A stretch of 64,000 bases of DNA from Amnibacterium sp. (lineage in GTDB: Bacteria > Actinomycetota > Actinomycetes > Actinomycetales > Microbacteriaceae), in contig JAICSU010000001.1 of assembly GCA_025936735.1 (NCBI GenBank), positions 4,352 through 68,351 on the forward strand, written 5' to 3'. A program made the position numbers and the translations under genes. A model generated the notes under the pieces. The model ran no database searches and was not told where the DNA came from. It saw only the letters and a program-made list of their open reading frames with translations. Shown piece after piece: positions 10,620 to 19,899 of this stretch (the first letter of the stretch is position 1; every line of letters begins with the position of its first letter).

Positions 10620-11346
10620 GTCCCCTGGGCTGCGGTCCTTCCTCCACGGGGCCCGGGTCGATGGCGCCGTCTTCGGGCTGCGGCCGGACTATCGCGCGCT
10701 GCTCGTCGCGATCGACGGGTTCGTCCCCTCGCCGCCGGGCGGCGCCGCCGAGGAGCTGGTGGCCCGCGCCGACGCCTTCGCGCGGAAGCTGCTGGCGCAG
10801 CAGGCGGTCGACCTCGTTCCGCACGTCGCGGCATGGCGCGCTGCGTACCGGGCGTTCGGCGTGAAGCCGCAGCGGATGCGGAACAGCCTCGAGGCGTTGC
10901 TGCGCCGGGCCGCGGTCGAGGGGCTGCCTCGCATGAACGCCCTCACGGACGTGTACAACGCCGTGTCGGTGCTGCACCTCGTGCCGGTGGGCGGCGAGGA
11001 CCTCCCCTCCTACGCCGGACATCCGCGGCTCATCCGGGCGAGCGGCGCCGAGGCGTTCGACACCGTGGTCGGGGGCGCGGCGGTGATCGAGCATCCCGAG
11101 ATCGGCGAGGTCGTCTGGTGCGACGAGGTGGGGGTGACCTGCCGGCGGTGGAACTGGCGGCAGGGACACCGGACCCGGCTCCGGGACGACACGACGTCGG
11201 CGCTCTTCATCTTCGATGCGCTCGATCCCATGACGGATGAGGCCGTGCGCGCCGCCGCGCAGGACCTGGCCGACCACCTTTCCGCGTCGGTCCCCGGGCT
11301 CGTCGTCGCCAGCCGGTTGATCCGTCCCGGCACGGGAACCGACTGA
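10612..11346 (+). CDS. Stand-alone B3/4 (PheRS-beta editing-like) domain protein
   Basis: AWRAAYRAFGVKP, SLEALLRR, NALTDVYNAVS, VTCRRWNWRQ; ATG 10612 overlaps XRE stop. Confidence 0.88.
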   Translation: MSESPGLRSFLHGARVDGAVFGLRPDYRALLVAIDGFVPSPPGGAAEELVARADAFARKLLAQQAVDLVPHVAAWRAAYRAFGVKPQRMRNSLEALLRRAAVEGLPRMNALTDVYNAVSVLHLVPVGGEDLPSYAGHPRLIRASGAEAFDTVVGGAAVIEHPEIGEVVWCDEVGVTCRRWNWRQGHRTRLRDDTTSALFIFDALDPMTDEAVRAAAQDLADHLSASVPGLVVASRLIRPGTGTD

Positions 11347-11354
11347 GGAGACCC

Positions 11355-12017
11355 ATGCTCATCCATCCCTGGGACAGCGCCGTGAGCCGTGAGGAGTGGC
11401 AGCAGTGGCTCCGGACGACGGACCGGTTCGGTCTGCTCGCCGTCAACAACCGCGATCCCCTGCAGGCCCCGCTCGTCCTGCCCACGCATTTCACCCTCGC
11501 GGACGGCGAGGTGCTGATGCACCTCGCCCGGCCGAACCCGGTCTGGCCGCACCTCGAAGCCTCGGCCGAGGTGCGGCTGACGGTCGTCGGCGACTACGCC
11601 TACGTCCCCACCTACTGGCGGGCGAAGCCCACGGATCCCGAGGAGGTGGGAGTGCCGACGAGCTACTACGCCGCCGTCCAGTTCGTCTGCCGTCCCGCGA
11701 TCGTCGACGACCCGAGCGAGAAGTCCGCGATCCTCGCCGCGCAGCTCGCCGACATGCAGCCGGAGGGCCGCTACTCCGAGGTCGCCCCCGACGCCCCGCC
11801 CTACGGCCGTCAGCTGTCCGGCATCCGCGGTCTCCGGCTCGCGGTGCTCCGCGTGGAGGCGAAGTTCAAGTACGACGACCAGAAGCCGGTCGAGCATCGC
11901 GAGCGCGTCATCGACCGGCTCGAGGACCGCGGCCACGGGCTGGACGCCGGAGCGGCGCGCCAGCAGCGCCGACGGCTGAGCGAGATCGGCGAGTGGCGAA
12001 GCGCCGAGAACGGATGA
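11355..12017 (+). CDS. PaiB-family (FMN-binding split barrel) protein
   Basis: HLARPNPVW, AYVPTYW, VPTSYYAAV; GAGGAG RBS. Confidence 0.85.
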   Translation: MLIHPWDSAVSREEWQQWLRTTDRFGLLAVNNRDPLQAPLVLPTHFTLADGEVLMHLARPNPVWPHLEASAEVRLTVVGDYAYVPTYWRAKPTDPEEVGVPTSYYAAVQFVCRPAIVDDPSEKSAILAAQLADMQPEGRYSEVAPDAPPYGRQLSGIRGLRLAVLRVEAKFKYDDQKPVEHRERVIDRLEDRGHGLDAGAARQQRRRLSEIGEWRSAENG

Positions 12018-12047
12018 GCCCTGCGGCTTCCTTGCTCCGCGAGCCGC

Positions 12048-12872
12048 CTACCGGGGCGGCTCCACCTCGGTGACTCGTCGCGACAGGCTCTGGACCTGCC
12101 TCTCGTGCACGTCGGCCACCCACTCGAACGCGGCGGAGGGGCCGATGCGGGGGTCGTGCGGACTGCGGCCGTCGCGCAGGGCGCGCACGTACGCCCGGTC
12201 CTGATCGATCCGCTCCTGCACACCGCCGCCTTCGGCGATGGAGCCGTGGCCGGGGATCAGGACGTCGACGTCCTCGGCCGCCGCCTGGAGGAGGTCCAGG
12301 GCGGCCAGGTAGTCGCCGATGGGGTCGGCGGCGCTCGTGTCGAGCATCGGGACCAGGACGTCGGAGAGCATGTCGCCGGCGACCAGCACTCGGCGCTCCT
12401 CGACCACCAGCGCCGCGTGGCCCGGGGCGTGCGCCTGGTGCTCGACGATCCGGGCCCAAGGGCCGTCCCAGGGGATCCGGGATGAGCCGGCCGGCAGCCC
12501 GGTGATGTCGCGGATCAGGTCCAGCGGCACCCGGTCCGCGATGTCGGGCGGGATCAGCCCGGCGACGCGCGCCTTCCAGTCCGGGGCGGACAACCGGGTC
12601 CGGACGGCCTCCTCGCATCGGGCCGTTCCATGGCGCGGCGCGGCACCGAGTCCCGGATGCCAGAGCAGGTGATCCCAGTGCGGATGGCTGGAGAAGCCCA
12701 CCACCACGGTGCGGTCGGTGCCACGGAGGTCGTCCGCGAGGCACCGCATCTCGCCCTCGAGGATCCCGGGATCGATGAGCAGCACGCCGGCCGCGCCGTC
12801 GACGACGACGGTGTTGCTCCGGCAGAACTCGCTCTCGTGGACCAGCACTCCCTCGGCGACCTGCGTGAGCAC
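12048..12872 (-). CDS. MBL-fold metallo-hydrolase
   Basis: HPHWDH, AHAPGH, AGDMLSD, IPGHG metal-binding motifs. Confidence 0.88.
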   Translation of the reverse strand: MLTQVAEGVLVHESEFCRSNTVVVDGAAGVLLIDPGILEGEMRCLADDLRGTDRTVVVGFSSHPHWDHLLWHPGLGAAPRHGTARCEEAVRTRLSAPDWKARVAGLIPPDIADRVPLDLIRDITGLPAGSSRIPWDGPWARIVEHQAHAPGHAALVVEERRVLVAGDMLSDVLVPMLDTSAADPIGDYLAALDLLQAAAEDVDVLIPGHGSIAEGGGVQERIDQDRAYVRALRDGRSPHDPRIGPSAAFEWVADVHERQVQSLSRRVTEVEPPR

Positions 12873-13057
12873 GGTGCTTCCCTTCCCTCGGCGGTCTCAA
12901 AGCGATTGTGGGCATGCGCGCCGACAGGGGCATCACCGCCTCCCGAGGCCGTTTCAGGATCGAGGCGGTAGAAGAAGCCGGTGACCCATCAGCTCGTGCG
13001 CCGTTCATGTTCCCGTTCGCCGCACCGCCCTAGGCGATCCGGCGACCCGTCCAGCGC

Positions 13058-13771
13058 ATGGCGATAGCACTTCCGGCGGTGGCGGCCGCCGATGAGTCGG
13101 CATTGAGCGTGGCAGGCAACGCCGTTCTCATCGCGCTCGTGGTGCTGGCGTTCGTTGCCCTGTTCCCCGCGCTCGGCCTTCTCCTCGGACGAGCGATCGC
13201 GGCCCGGGAGGCACGAGACGGCAGCCCGGCGCGCGGTCGTGCGCTCCGTCTCCATGCCGTACGAACTCAGCTGTTCCTGCCGTGCGCCATCGGCGTGATC
13301 ATCCTGGTCGTCACCGCCGTGCATCTGGCCGGTCGGCAGCCGGTCAGTGCGGGAACCTGGGCACTGATCGTGGACGGGGCCCTTCTCGGACCCGGTTGCG
13401 CGGCGGCGATCCTTCTTCTGGGTAGGCGCATCCGTGATCTTCGCAGGGACTTCGCGTCGAGCGAGGTTCCGTCACCACCGTCGGCGCGCAGCAGGCTGCT
13501 CACCTGGGTGCTCGTCGTCATCGCCCTCGCCGCGACGGTCTCGACGGAGTTCCTGCCGGCAGGTCACCGGGCGCACACCCCCATCACCCAGGGAATCGCG
13601 CTCGCACTCGCGGTCGCGCTGCCGGTGCTCCTGGTCGGCGGGTTCGTCGCGCTCGTCGTATGGCGACTGCGCGGCGGCAGGATCGAACGGCACCGCCCCG
13701 CGGTCTTCGTCGGCATCTGCGCGTTCTGCGTGTTGGCCAGCGCGGCGACGTGGTTGCTGCGCCTCGCCTGA
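13058..13771 (+). CDS. Hypothetical multi-pass membrane protein
   Basis: 237-aa ORF with about 6 hydrophobic segments filling an otherwise empty interval; no family recognised. Confidence 0.55.
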   Translation: MAIALPAVAAADESALSVAGNAVLIALVVLAFVALFPALGLLLGRAIAAREARDGSPARGRALRLHAVRTQLFLPCAIGVIILVVTAVHLAGRQPVSAGTWALIVDGALLGPGCAAAILLLGRRIRDLRRDFASSEVPSPPSARSRLLTWVLVVIALAATVSTEFLPAGHRAHTPITQGIALALAVALPVLLVGGFVALVVWRLRGGRIERHRPAVFVGICAFCVLASAATWLLRLA

Positions 13772-13991
13772 AGGTGGTCGTGGACTCGGACGGCAGCCGG
13801 TCGCCGTGTGCTCTTACGGCCTGACCGCCCGATCGGGCGGCGATGCGCCGCCCCGCGTTCGATGACCGCGATTGGAGCGGGACGAGGGAGCCGGTCGGCG
13901 GCGGCGCCGCCCTCCGCGGGCGGTTTCTCGCGCCCGTGCTCGGGGCGGCAGGCTGGCAGTCGTAGAGCGTCTACGCCCGAACCGTCGGCCA

Positions 13992-14028
13992 TTGCTTCCG
14001 GCGTCAAACCTGTAGTACCCTCAGGTTT
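13992..14028 (+). promoter_or_regulatory. Promoter (TTGCTT-18-TACCCT) with 23-bp operator AAACCTGTAGTACCCTCAGGTTT
   Basis: Perfect 7-bp inverted arms at 14006-14028; related sites at 18558 and 25533. Confidence 0.7.
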
Positions 14029-14087
14029 CGCGCTCCGGATATTGGAGACGATCAAAATTTCGCTCGGGCTGCAATGAAGGAGTCGAC

Positions 14088-15377
14088 GTGAGGAAGCAAT
14101 CAGCGCTCGGGGCACTGGGCTTGGCCGTTCTGGCCGCTGTCGCACTGGCCGGGTGCACCGGGAGCGGGCCGGCTTCCACCGCTGCCGGTGCGACGAGCGG
14201 CGGGGGTGGGGCGATCAAGTACCTCATCGCTCAGCCGGACACGCCGGCCCAGTTGAAGGCCATGAAGGCCGACATCAAGAACTTCGAGCAGATGTCCGGC
14301 GTCACGGTCAACCTGGACGTCGTACCGGGTGCGAACATCCGCACCCTGCTTCAAGCGCAGCTGCGGTCGGGCAACGGCCCCGACGTGTTCGCGTACGGAC
14401 CTGGCCCCGGCATGGCCGGTGCGCTGGCGAAGGCCGGGCTGCTGTACGACCTCACCGGGGCGTACGCCAAGTACAAGTGGCCCATCTACGACTGGGCCCG
14501 CCCAGGGGTGACCTACAACGGCAAGCTGATCGGTGTGCCGGATCAGATCGAGGAGGTCGGGCTCTTCTACAACAAGGACCTCTTCACCAAGCTCGGCCTC
14601 AGCGCGCCGACCGATCTGGCGTCCCTGCAGACGGACGCCGCCAAGATCAAGAAGTCGGGGATCATCCCGTTCGCCGCCGGTGACAAGGAGGCCTGGGAGG
14701 GCGGCCACTTCCTCAGCATGGCCCTGGCCAATGAGGTCGGGCCGAAGGCCGACGCGGATCTGATCGCGAACAAGACCAGCTGGAACACCCCCGGCGTGAT
14801 CAAGGCGCTGAACACCTGGTACCAGTTCTCCAAGGACGGGTACCTGCCTCCGTCGCCGAGCGCCATCTCGTACGACAACAGCAACGCGTTGTTCTACTCC
14901 GGGAAGGCCGCGATGGACCCGACGGGAAGCTGGCTCATCTCCGACTTCAACTCCGCCAACCTCAAGTTCCAGGTGGGGTTCGTTCCGTTCCCCGCCGAGA
15001 GCGGCCCGGGCATCTTCTCGACCGACGTCGGCGGGGGCAACTTCGTGTCGGCGGCCACCAAGAACCCGAGCGGTGCCGTCAAGTTCCTCAACTACCTGAC
15101 CACCCCCGGGCACGGCAAGTGGGAGGTGGACCAGTACACGATCCCGGCGTTCCCGCTCGATGCGAGCGCTGAGAAGGTGTCTCCGCTCTTCCGGGACGTC
15201 ATCACCGGGACGTCCAAGTACGTCAAGGGCAGCAGCGACGTCGGTTACAACATCGACGTGAACGAGACGGATCTCTTCAACAAGGCGATGTACGACGGAG
15301 TGCAGGGCCTCCTCAGCAGGCAGAGCACGCCGGCCCAGGTGGCACAGCAGTTGCAGGCGGCGGCCGCCAAGGGCTGA
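14088..15377 (+). CDS. Carbohydrate ABC transporter substrate-binding lipoprotein
   Basis: Lipobox LAGC, GNGPDVF, GLFYNKDLF, FYSGKAAM; AAGGAG RBS. Confidence 0.9.
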   Translation: MRKQSALGALGLAVLAAVALAGCTGSGPASTAAGATSGGGGAIKYLIAQPDTPAQLKAMKADIKNFEQMSGVTVNLDVVPGANIRTLLQAQLRSGNGPDVFAYGPGPGMAGALAKAGLLYDLTGAYAKYKWPIYDWARPGVTYNGKLIGVPDQIEEVGLFYNKDLFTKLGLSAPTDLASLQTDAAKIKKSGIIPFAAGDKEAWEGGHFLSMALANEVGPKADADLIANKTSWNTPGVIKALNTWYQFSKDGYLPPSPSAISYDNSNALFYSGKAAMDPTGSWLISDFNSANLKFQVGFVPFPAESGPGIFSTDVGGGNFVSAATKNPSGAVKFLNYLTTPGHGKWEVDQYTIPAFPLDASAEKVSPLFRDVITGTSKYVKGSSDVGYNIDVNETDLFNKAMYDGVQGLLSRQSTPAQVAQQLQAAAAKG

Positions 15378-15384
15378 GGTCCCC

Positions 15385-16431
15385 GTGGGGTCGGCGATGC
15401 CGGGGCGTCATGAGCCCCTGATCATCGGACATCGGGGTGCTCCGGGCTACCGCCCGGAGCACACCCGTGCCTCCTACGAGCTCGCCCTCGCCCAGGGAGC
15501 GGATGCGGTGGAGCCCGACCTCGTCCCGTCTCGGGACGGGGTCCTGCTGATCCGGCATGAGAACGAGATCTCGGGCACGACCGACGTCGCTTCTCGCCCG
15601 GAGTTCGCCCACCTCCGGACGACGAAGGAGGTCGACGGGCGTGAGCTGACCGGCTGGTTCACCGAGGACTTCACCTGGGCCGAGCTGTCCACCCTGCGTG
15701 CGGTCGAGCGCCTGCCCGGACTGCGGCCGAGCAGCGCCGCGTTCGACGGACGCTTCCCGATCATGCGCTTCACGGAGCTCCTCTCGCTGCTGGCGGGAGA
15801 GGAACGGAGGACTGCCGGACTGGTCGCGGAGCTCAAGCACGCGAGCCACTTCGCCGCGATCGGGCTCCCCTTGGACGAGCTGCTCGAGATCGAGCTCTCC
15901 GAGAGCCCCATCGGGCGTCCGTCCTCCGACAGGCTCGTCATCGAGAGCTTCGAGAAGTCCGTGCTGGCCCGCCTCCAGCGACGCGGGGTCGAAGCGAAGT
16001 ACGTCTACCTCCTCGACGCGGAGGGCAGCGCGTTCGATCTCCGTGCACGCGATGGCCCTCGGGCTCCGACCTACGCCGAGGAGCTCGCGGACGATCGGCT
16101 CGCGGCGCTCAGGCGGCCTGGACCCTCGCACCCCGACGACCCGGCGGGACTGGACGGCATCAGCGTGAACAAGTCCGTGATCCTCGAGCCATCGGCGAAG
16201 GGGCATGCCGACGTGGTGCGACGGGCGCACACCGCGGGCCTCGAGGTGTACTGCTGGACGTTCCGTCCGGAGAACGCGTTCCTCACCTCCAGGTTCCGGA
16301 GCGGTCCACCCGGGTCCTTCGGCCGGTGGCGGGACGAGCTCGAGGAGCTGCTCGAGGCGGGCGTCGACGCGGTGTTCGTCGACCACCCCGACCTCGCCCG
16401 CGCCGGCCGACCGGACGAGCCCCGCGGATGA
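15385..16431 (+). CDS. Glycerophosphodiester phosphodiesterase family protein (cytoplasmic)
   Basis: IIGHRGAPGYRPEHT, EPDLV, RHENE, ELKH, WTFRPEN, FVDHP; start may be ATG 15397. Confidence 0.9.
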   Translation: MGSAMPGRHEPLIIGHRGAPGYRPEHTRASYELALAQGADAVEPDLVPSRDGVLLIRHENEISGTTDVASRPEFAHLRTTKEVDGRELTGWFTEDFTWAELSTLRAVERLPGLRPSSAAFDGRFPIMRFTELLSLLAGEERRTAGLVAELKHASHFAAIGLPLDELLEIELSESPIGRPSSDRLVIESFEKSVLARLQRRGVEAKYVYLLDAEGSAFDLRARDGPRAPTYAEELADDRLAALRRPGPSHPDDPAGLDGISVNKSVILEPSAKGHADVVRRAHTAGLEVYCWTFRPENAFLTSRFRSGPPGSFGRWRDELEELLEAGVDAVFVDHPDLARAGRPDEPRG

Positions 16432-16450
16432 CCTGTCGAGCGCCCTGACT

Positions 16451-17815
16451 TCAGCGCCGGGGGAGGCGATCCTGAAGGCGCACCGTCCGGTCCGCCAGGT
16501 CGGAGATCCTCGAGTGGTCGAACCCGAAGAGCGCCGACCGCGTCCGATCCTGCAACGGAGCGACGAAGCGTTCGGGGAGGCCCTCGCGGCCGGCCAGGAT
16601 CCCAGCGACGGAACCGACCGTGGCGCCGTTGGAGTCGGTGTCCCAGCCGCTCATGACGGTCCGGCCGACCGCGACGGCGTAGTCGCCCTCGCCCCACAGC
16701 AGCCCCGCCGCGACGACGGCGGCGTTGTTCACGGTATGCACCCAGCTGTAGTGCCCGTAGCGGGCCCTGATGGAGTCGAGGGCGGCCTCCCAGGTCATGT
16801 CGCGCTGGAACATCCCGAGGACGTCTGAGACCGCCGCGTGAAGGCGGGATCGTGGCGGCACCACCTGCAGGGCCGTGACGATCGCCTCGTGGGCGTTCGC
16901 GGCGGTGAACGCCGCGGCGTTCAGCGCGGCACTCCACATCTCGCCGTAGATGCCGTTCCCGACGTGCGAGAGTGCGGCGTCCTGATAGGCGAGCTCCGCG
17001 GCCGCCCAGGGGTCTCCCGCGAAGACGTACCCGAAGACGTCCCCGCGGATCTGCGCCCCGATCCACTCCCGATAGGGATTGCGGCGCCGAGCCGACGCGG
17101 GTGGTGCGTACCCGGCCGCGAGGTTGATGTACGCGGCGCGCTCGGCCGTGTACAACTGCCGGAGCGGGAAGAACAGCGTCCAGGCCGCGCCCACGTCCGA
17201 CGGCCGAAGCGCGGTCCCGTGGGTCTCGAGCAGGTGGACGGCGAGGATCGAGTAGTCGATGTCGTCGTCCCGGGCGGAGCCCGCGATGTTGCCCCGGGTG
17301 GTCTCCGGCCAGTTGTCCCGCAGGACGAACCCCTCGGGAACGGGATCCAGGAGCGGGATGTAGTCGTCCAGCGGATAGGCGCCGGCGGCCTCCAGGTACT
17401 CCCGGATCCGCTCCACGGTCCAGTGCAGGCCGTTCTCCACCGGCTTGCCCAGGTTGCAGCCTGCGACCCGGCCGAGCCACGCCGCGTGGACCCGCTCGGC
17501 GGCCCGGTTCCGGTCCGGGCGCAGAGCGGGCGGCAGCACGGGGATCGCCGATCTGATGTCGTCGAGGTCGTCGGGTTCCTCGAACCGCCAGCCGCTTCCG
17601 CGGACGCTCTCGGCGGCGCGGTCGACGAGCTCGAGGACCCGCGCGTCGTCAAAGGGATCGATCGCGTTGGCCTCGGCGATCAGCCCGCTGATCTCGAAGC
17701 CGCTCTCCTGGCGTTGCCGCACCTCATCGGCGAGCAGGTCCCTGGGGTTCAGCGGGTCGTATCCGTCGCCTGCATACGCGTCGTTCAGCCGGGGTCCTGC
17801 CGAGGTCGACCCCAT
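16451..17815 (-). CDS. ADP-ribosylglycohydrolase family protein
   Basis: GRVAGCNLGKPVE, RDDDIDY, WIGAQIRGD, GWDTDSNGATVG; ATG 17815 overlaps the TetR stop. Confidence 0.88.
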   Translation of the reverse strand: MGSTSAGPRLNDAYAGDGYDPLNPRDLLADEVRQRQESGFEISGLIAEANAIDPFDDARVLELVDRAAESVRGSGWRFEEPDDLDDIRSAIPVLPPALRPDRNRAAERVHAAWLGRVAGCNLGKPVENGLHWTVERIREYLEAAGAYPLDDYIPLLDPVPEGFVLRDNWPETTRGNIAGSARDDDIDYSILAVHLLETHGTALRPSDVGAAWTLFFPLRQLYTAERAAYINLAAGYAPPASARRRNPYREWIGAQIRGDVFGYVFAGDPWAAAELAYQDAALSHVGNGIYGEMWSAALNAAAFTAANAHEAIVTALQVVPPRSRLHAAVSDVLGMFQRDMTWEAALDSIRARYGHYSWVHTVNNAAVVAAGLLWGEGDYAVAVGRTVMSGWDTDSNGATVGSVAGILAGREGLPERFVAPLQDRTRSALFGFDHSRISDLADRTVRLQDRLPRR

Positions 17816-18471
17816 CAGGCGCCCTTCTGCAGGTCGGAGGTGGCCGAGCCGGGAGTCTCGGGGCGGTCGAGGACGCCCAGCTGCCCGGTCTGCAGCTCCG
17901 GCGTGGTGATGCCGAGCATCTCCAGCGTGTAGAGGAACTCGTCGACGAGGTTGAAGTTCGGCTCGTGCAGCCAACGGATCTGCAGACCCTCGATGGTCGC
18001 GAGGATGATCCGGGCGATCCGGTCGGGGTCGAGGTCCGCCCGGAGCGTGCCCGCCGTCTGCTGCCGCTGGACCTCTGCCACGATGCCGGGGGAGAGCTTG
18101 TGGTACCGCTGCGTGTAGAACTCCCGGTGCGGATGATCCGGGTCGGTGGCCTCGACGACACACGTCATGTAGAGGTGGATGACGCCCGGGATGTGCATGT
18201 TGTGCTCGATCGCCCGGACGAAGTGCGCGAAGTGGGTGAGCCCCTCGCCGCGCACGGCGTTCTCCCGGTCCCACTCGGTGATCACCGCCTGCAGCAGATC
18301 CTCCCGTGACGCGAAGTAGTACTGCAGGAGCGCCGGGCTGATGCCGACCTTGCGGGCGATCGCCGTCATCGACGCGCCACGGGACCCCAGTTCCGAGAAC
18401 ACCTCGAGCGTGCTCTCCAGGATCGCCTCGCGACGCTTCCGCCCCTTCGCGTACGGTCCTCGGTCAGCCAT
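17815..18471 (-). CDS. TetR-family transcriptional regulator
   Basis: YAKGRKRREAIL...SMTAIARKVGISPALLQYYF HTH; leaderless (TAGCAT + 6 nt + ATG). Confidence 0.9.
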   Translation of the reverse strand: MADRGPYAKGRKRREAILESTLEVFSELGSRGASMTAIARKVGISPALLQYYFASREDLLQAVITEWDRENAVRGEGLTHFAHFVRAIEHNMHIPGVIHLYMTCVVEATDPDHPHREFYTQRYHKLSPGIVAEVQRQQTAGTLRADLDPDRIARIILATIEGLQIRWLHEPNFNLVDEFLYTLEMLGITTPELQTGQLGVLDRPETPGSATSDLQKGA

Positions 18472-18532
18472 GGCCGAATGCTAGCCCGGGGTGCCCGAAG
18501 TCCGCAGCCCGTTCAAGGTTCCGGCCCACCCC

Positions 18533-18580
18533 AAACCTGGTCCTTGACCAACTTTCCAACCTTGTACTACCTTCAGGGTT
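18533..18580 (+). promoter_or_regulatory. Promoter (TTGACC-18-TACCTT) with operator AACCTTGTACTACCTTCAGGGTT and a weaker upstream copy
   Basis: 18558-18580 matches the 14006 site at 18/23; AAACCTGGTCCTTGACCAACTTT at 18533-18555. Confidence 0.7.
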
Positions 18581-18620
18581 CGCGGGGCGCCTGCCGCGTA
18601 GCAGCGACGAGGGAGTCGAA

Positions 18621-19898
18621 GTGAAGAGGTCCTCACTCTGGGTCGGTCTCGCCGCTGCCGGCGCACTCGCGCTCACGCTGTCGGGCTGCACGGGTGGGGC
18701 TCCGGCCAGGAGCGGATCGGGCGACGGGAAGACCGTGAGCTACATGATCGGCCAGCCCGACACGCCCGCCCAGCTCAAGGCTCTGAGGTCCGAGCTGGCG
18801 TACTTCACCAAGCAGAGCGGGGTGAAGGTCGACCTGCAGGTCCTGCCGTCGAACGACAACCTACGAACGCTGGTGCAGACCCGGCTGCGGTCCGGCAACG
18901 GCCCCGACCTCTTCGCCTACGACACGGGCCCCGGATTCGCCGGGGTGCTGGCCAAGGCCGGCCTGCTGTACGACCTGACCTCACACGCGAACGCCGCGAA
19001 GTGGCCCCTGTTCGCGTGGACGAAGCCGAGTGTGACGTTCGGCGGGAAGTTCTACGGGATCCCCGACCAGATCGAGGAGGTCGGCCTCTACTACAACAAG
19101 GACCTGTTCACCCGGCTGAAGCTGCCCGCGCCGACCACGATGGCGGACCTCGAGGCCGCTGCGGCGGGACTCAAGAAGGCGGGCAAGATCGCCTTCGCCT
19201 CCGGGGACAAGGAAGCCTGGGAGGGTGGCCACCTGCTCAGCATGGCGGTCGCCGGCGAGGTGGGACCGCAGCCGATGTCCGACCTGATCCAGGGGAGGGG
19301 CGATTGGGATTCCGCGGGGGTGAAGAACGCCCTTCGGACCTGGGCCACCTTCCAGCGGGAAGGGTATCTGCCCCCCTCTCCGAACGGCATCAGCTACGAC
19401 AACAGCAACGCGCTGTTCTACTCGGGGAAGGCAGGCATGGACCCGACCGGCACCTGGCTCGCGCAGGACTTGAAGGACTCGGCCACGTTCGACGTCGGCT
19501 TCGTGCCGTTCCCCGCCCCCAGCGGGCCGGCCGTCCCGACCACGGGCCTCGGCAGCGGGACCTTCATGAACTCGGGCTCGAAGCACGTCACGGCGGCGCT
19601 CAAGCTGCTGGACTTCCTGGTGAGCGAGCACCACGGGGAGTGGGAGCTCAGCCAGTTCTCCATCCCGGCCTTCCCCGTCGACCTCAGCAAGGTGAGCCTC
19701 ACCCCGCTGTTCCAGCAGGTGGTGACGGACACGGCGGCGTACGCCAAGAGCGGCAGCGGAACGGGACAGAACATCGACGTGGCGGAGACCGACGTGTTCA
19801 ACAAGGCGATGTGGGACGGCATGCAGGGCGTCCTGGGAGGCCAGAGGACGCCCGACGAGGTCGCGCAGAGCCTTCAGGCCGCGGCGGAGAAGCACTGA
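18621..19898 (+). CDS. Carbohydrate ABC transporter substrate-binding lipoprotein (paralogue of 14088)
   Basis: Lipobox LSGC; shares QPDTPAQLKA, PDQIEEVGL, GDKEAWEGGH, ISYDNSNALFYSGKA with 14088. Confidence 0.92.
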   Translation: MKRSSLWVGLAAAGALALTLSGCTGGAPARSGSGDGKTVSYMIGQPDTPAQLKALRSELAYFTKQSGVKVDLQVLPSNDNLRTLVQTRLRSGNGPDLFAYDTGPGFAGVLAKAGLLYDLTSHANAAKWPLFAWTKPSVTFGGKFYGIPDQIEEVGLYYNKDLFTRLKLPAPTTMADLEAAAAGLKKAGKIAFASGDKEAWEGGHLLSMAVAGEVGPQPMSDLIQGRGDWDSAGVKNALRTWATFQREGYLPPSPNGISYDNSNALFYSGKAGMDPTGTWLAQDLKDSATFDVGFVPFPAPSGPAVPTTGLGSGTFMNSGSKHVTAALKLLDFLVSEHHGEWELSQFSIPAFPVDLSKVSLTPLFQQVVTDTAAYAKSGSGTGQNIDVAETDVFNKAMWDGMQGVLGGQRTPDEVAQSLQAAAEKH

Positions 19899-19899
19899 C

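Noticed and set aside
12896-12911. LacI-like operator (CAAAGCGATTG) upstream of the MBL hydrolase
   Set aside because: Single weak match with no LacI gene in the window
16451-18274. 607-aa ADP-ribosylglycohydrolase with long N-terminal extension, or a toxin-antitoxin role
   Set aside because: The extension overlaps tetR in another frame; there is no ADP-ribosyltransferase nearby and the context is catabolic
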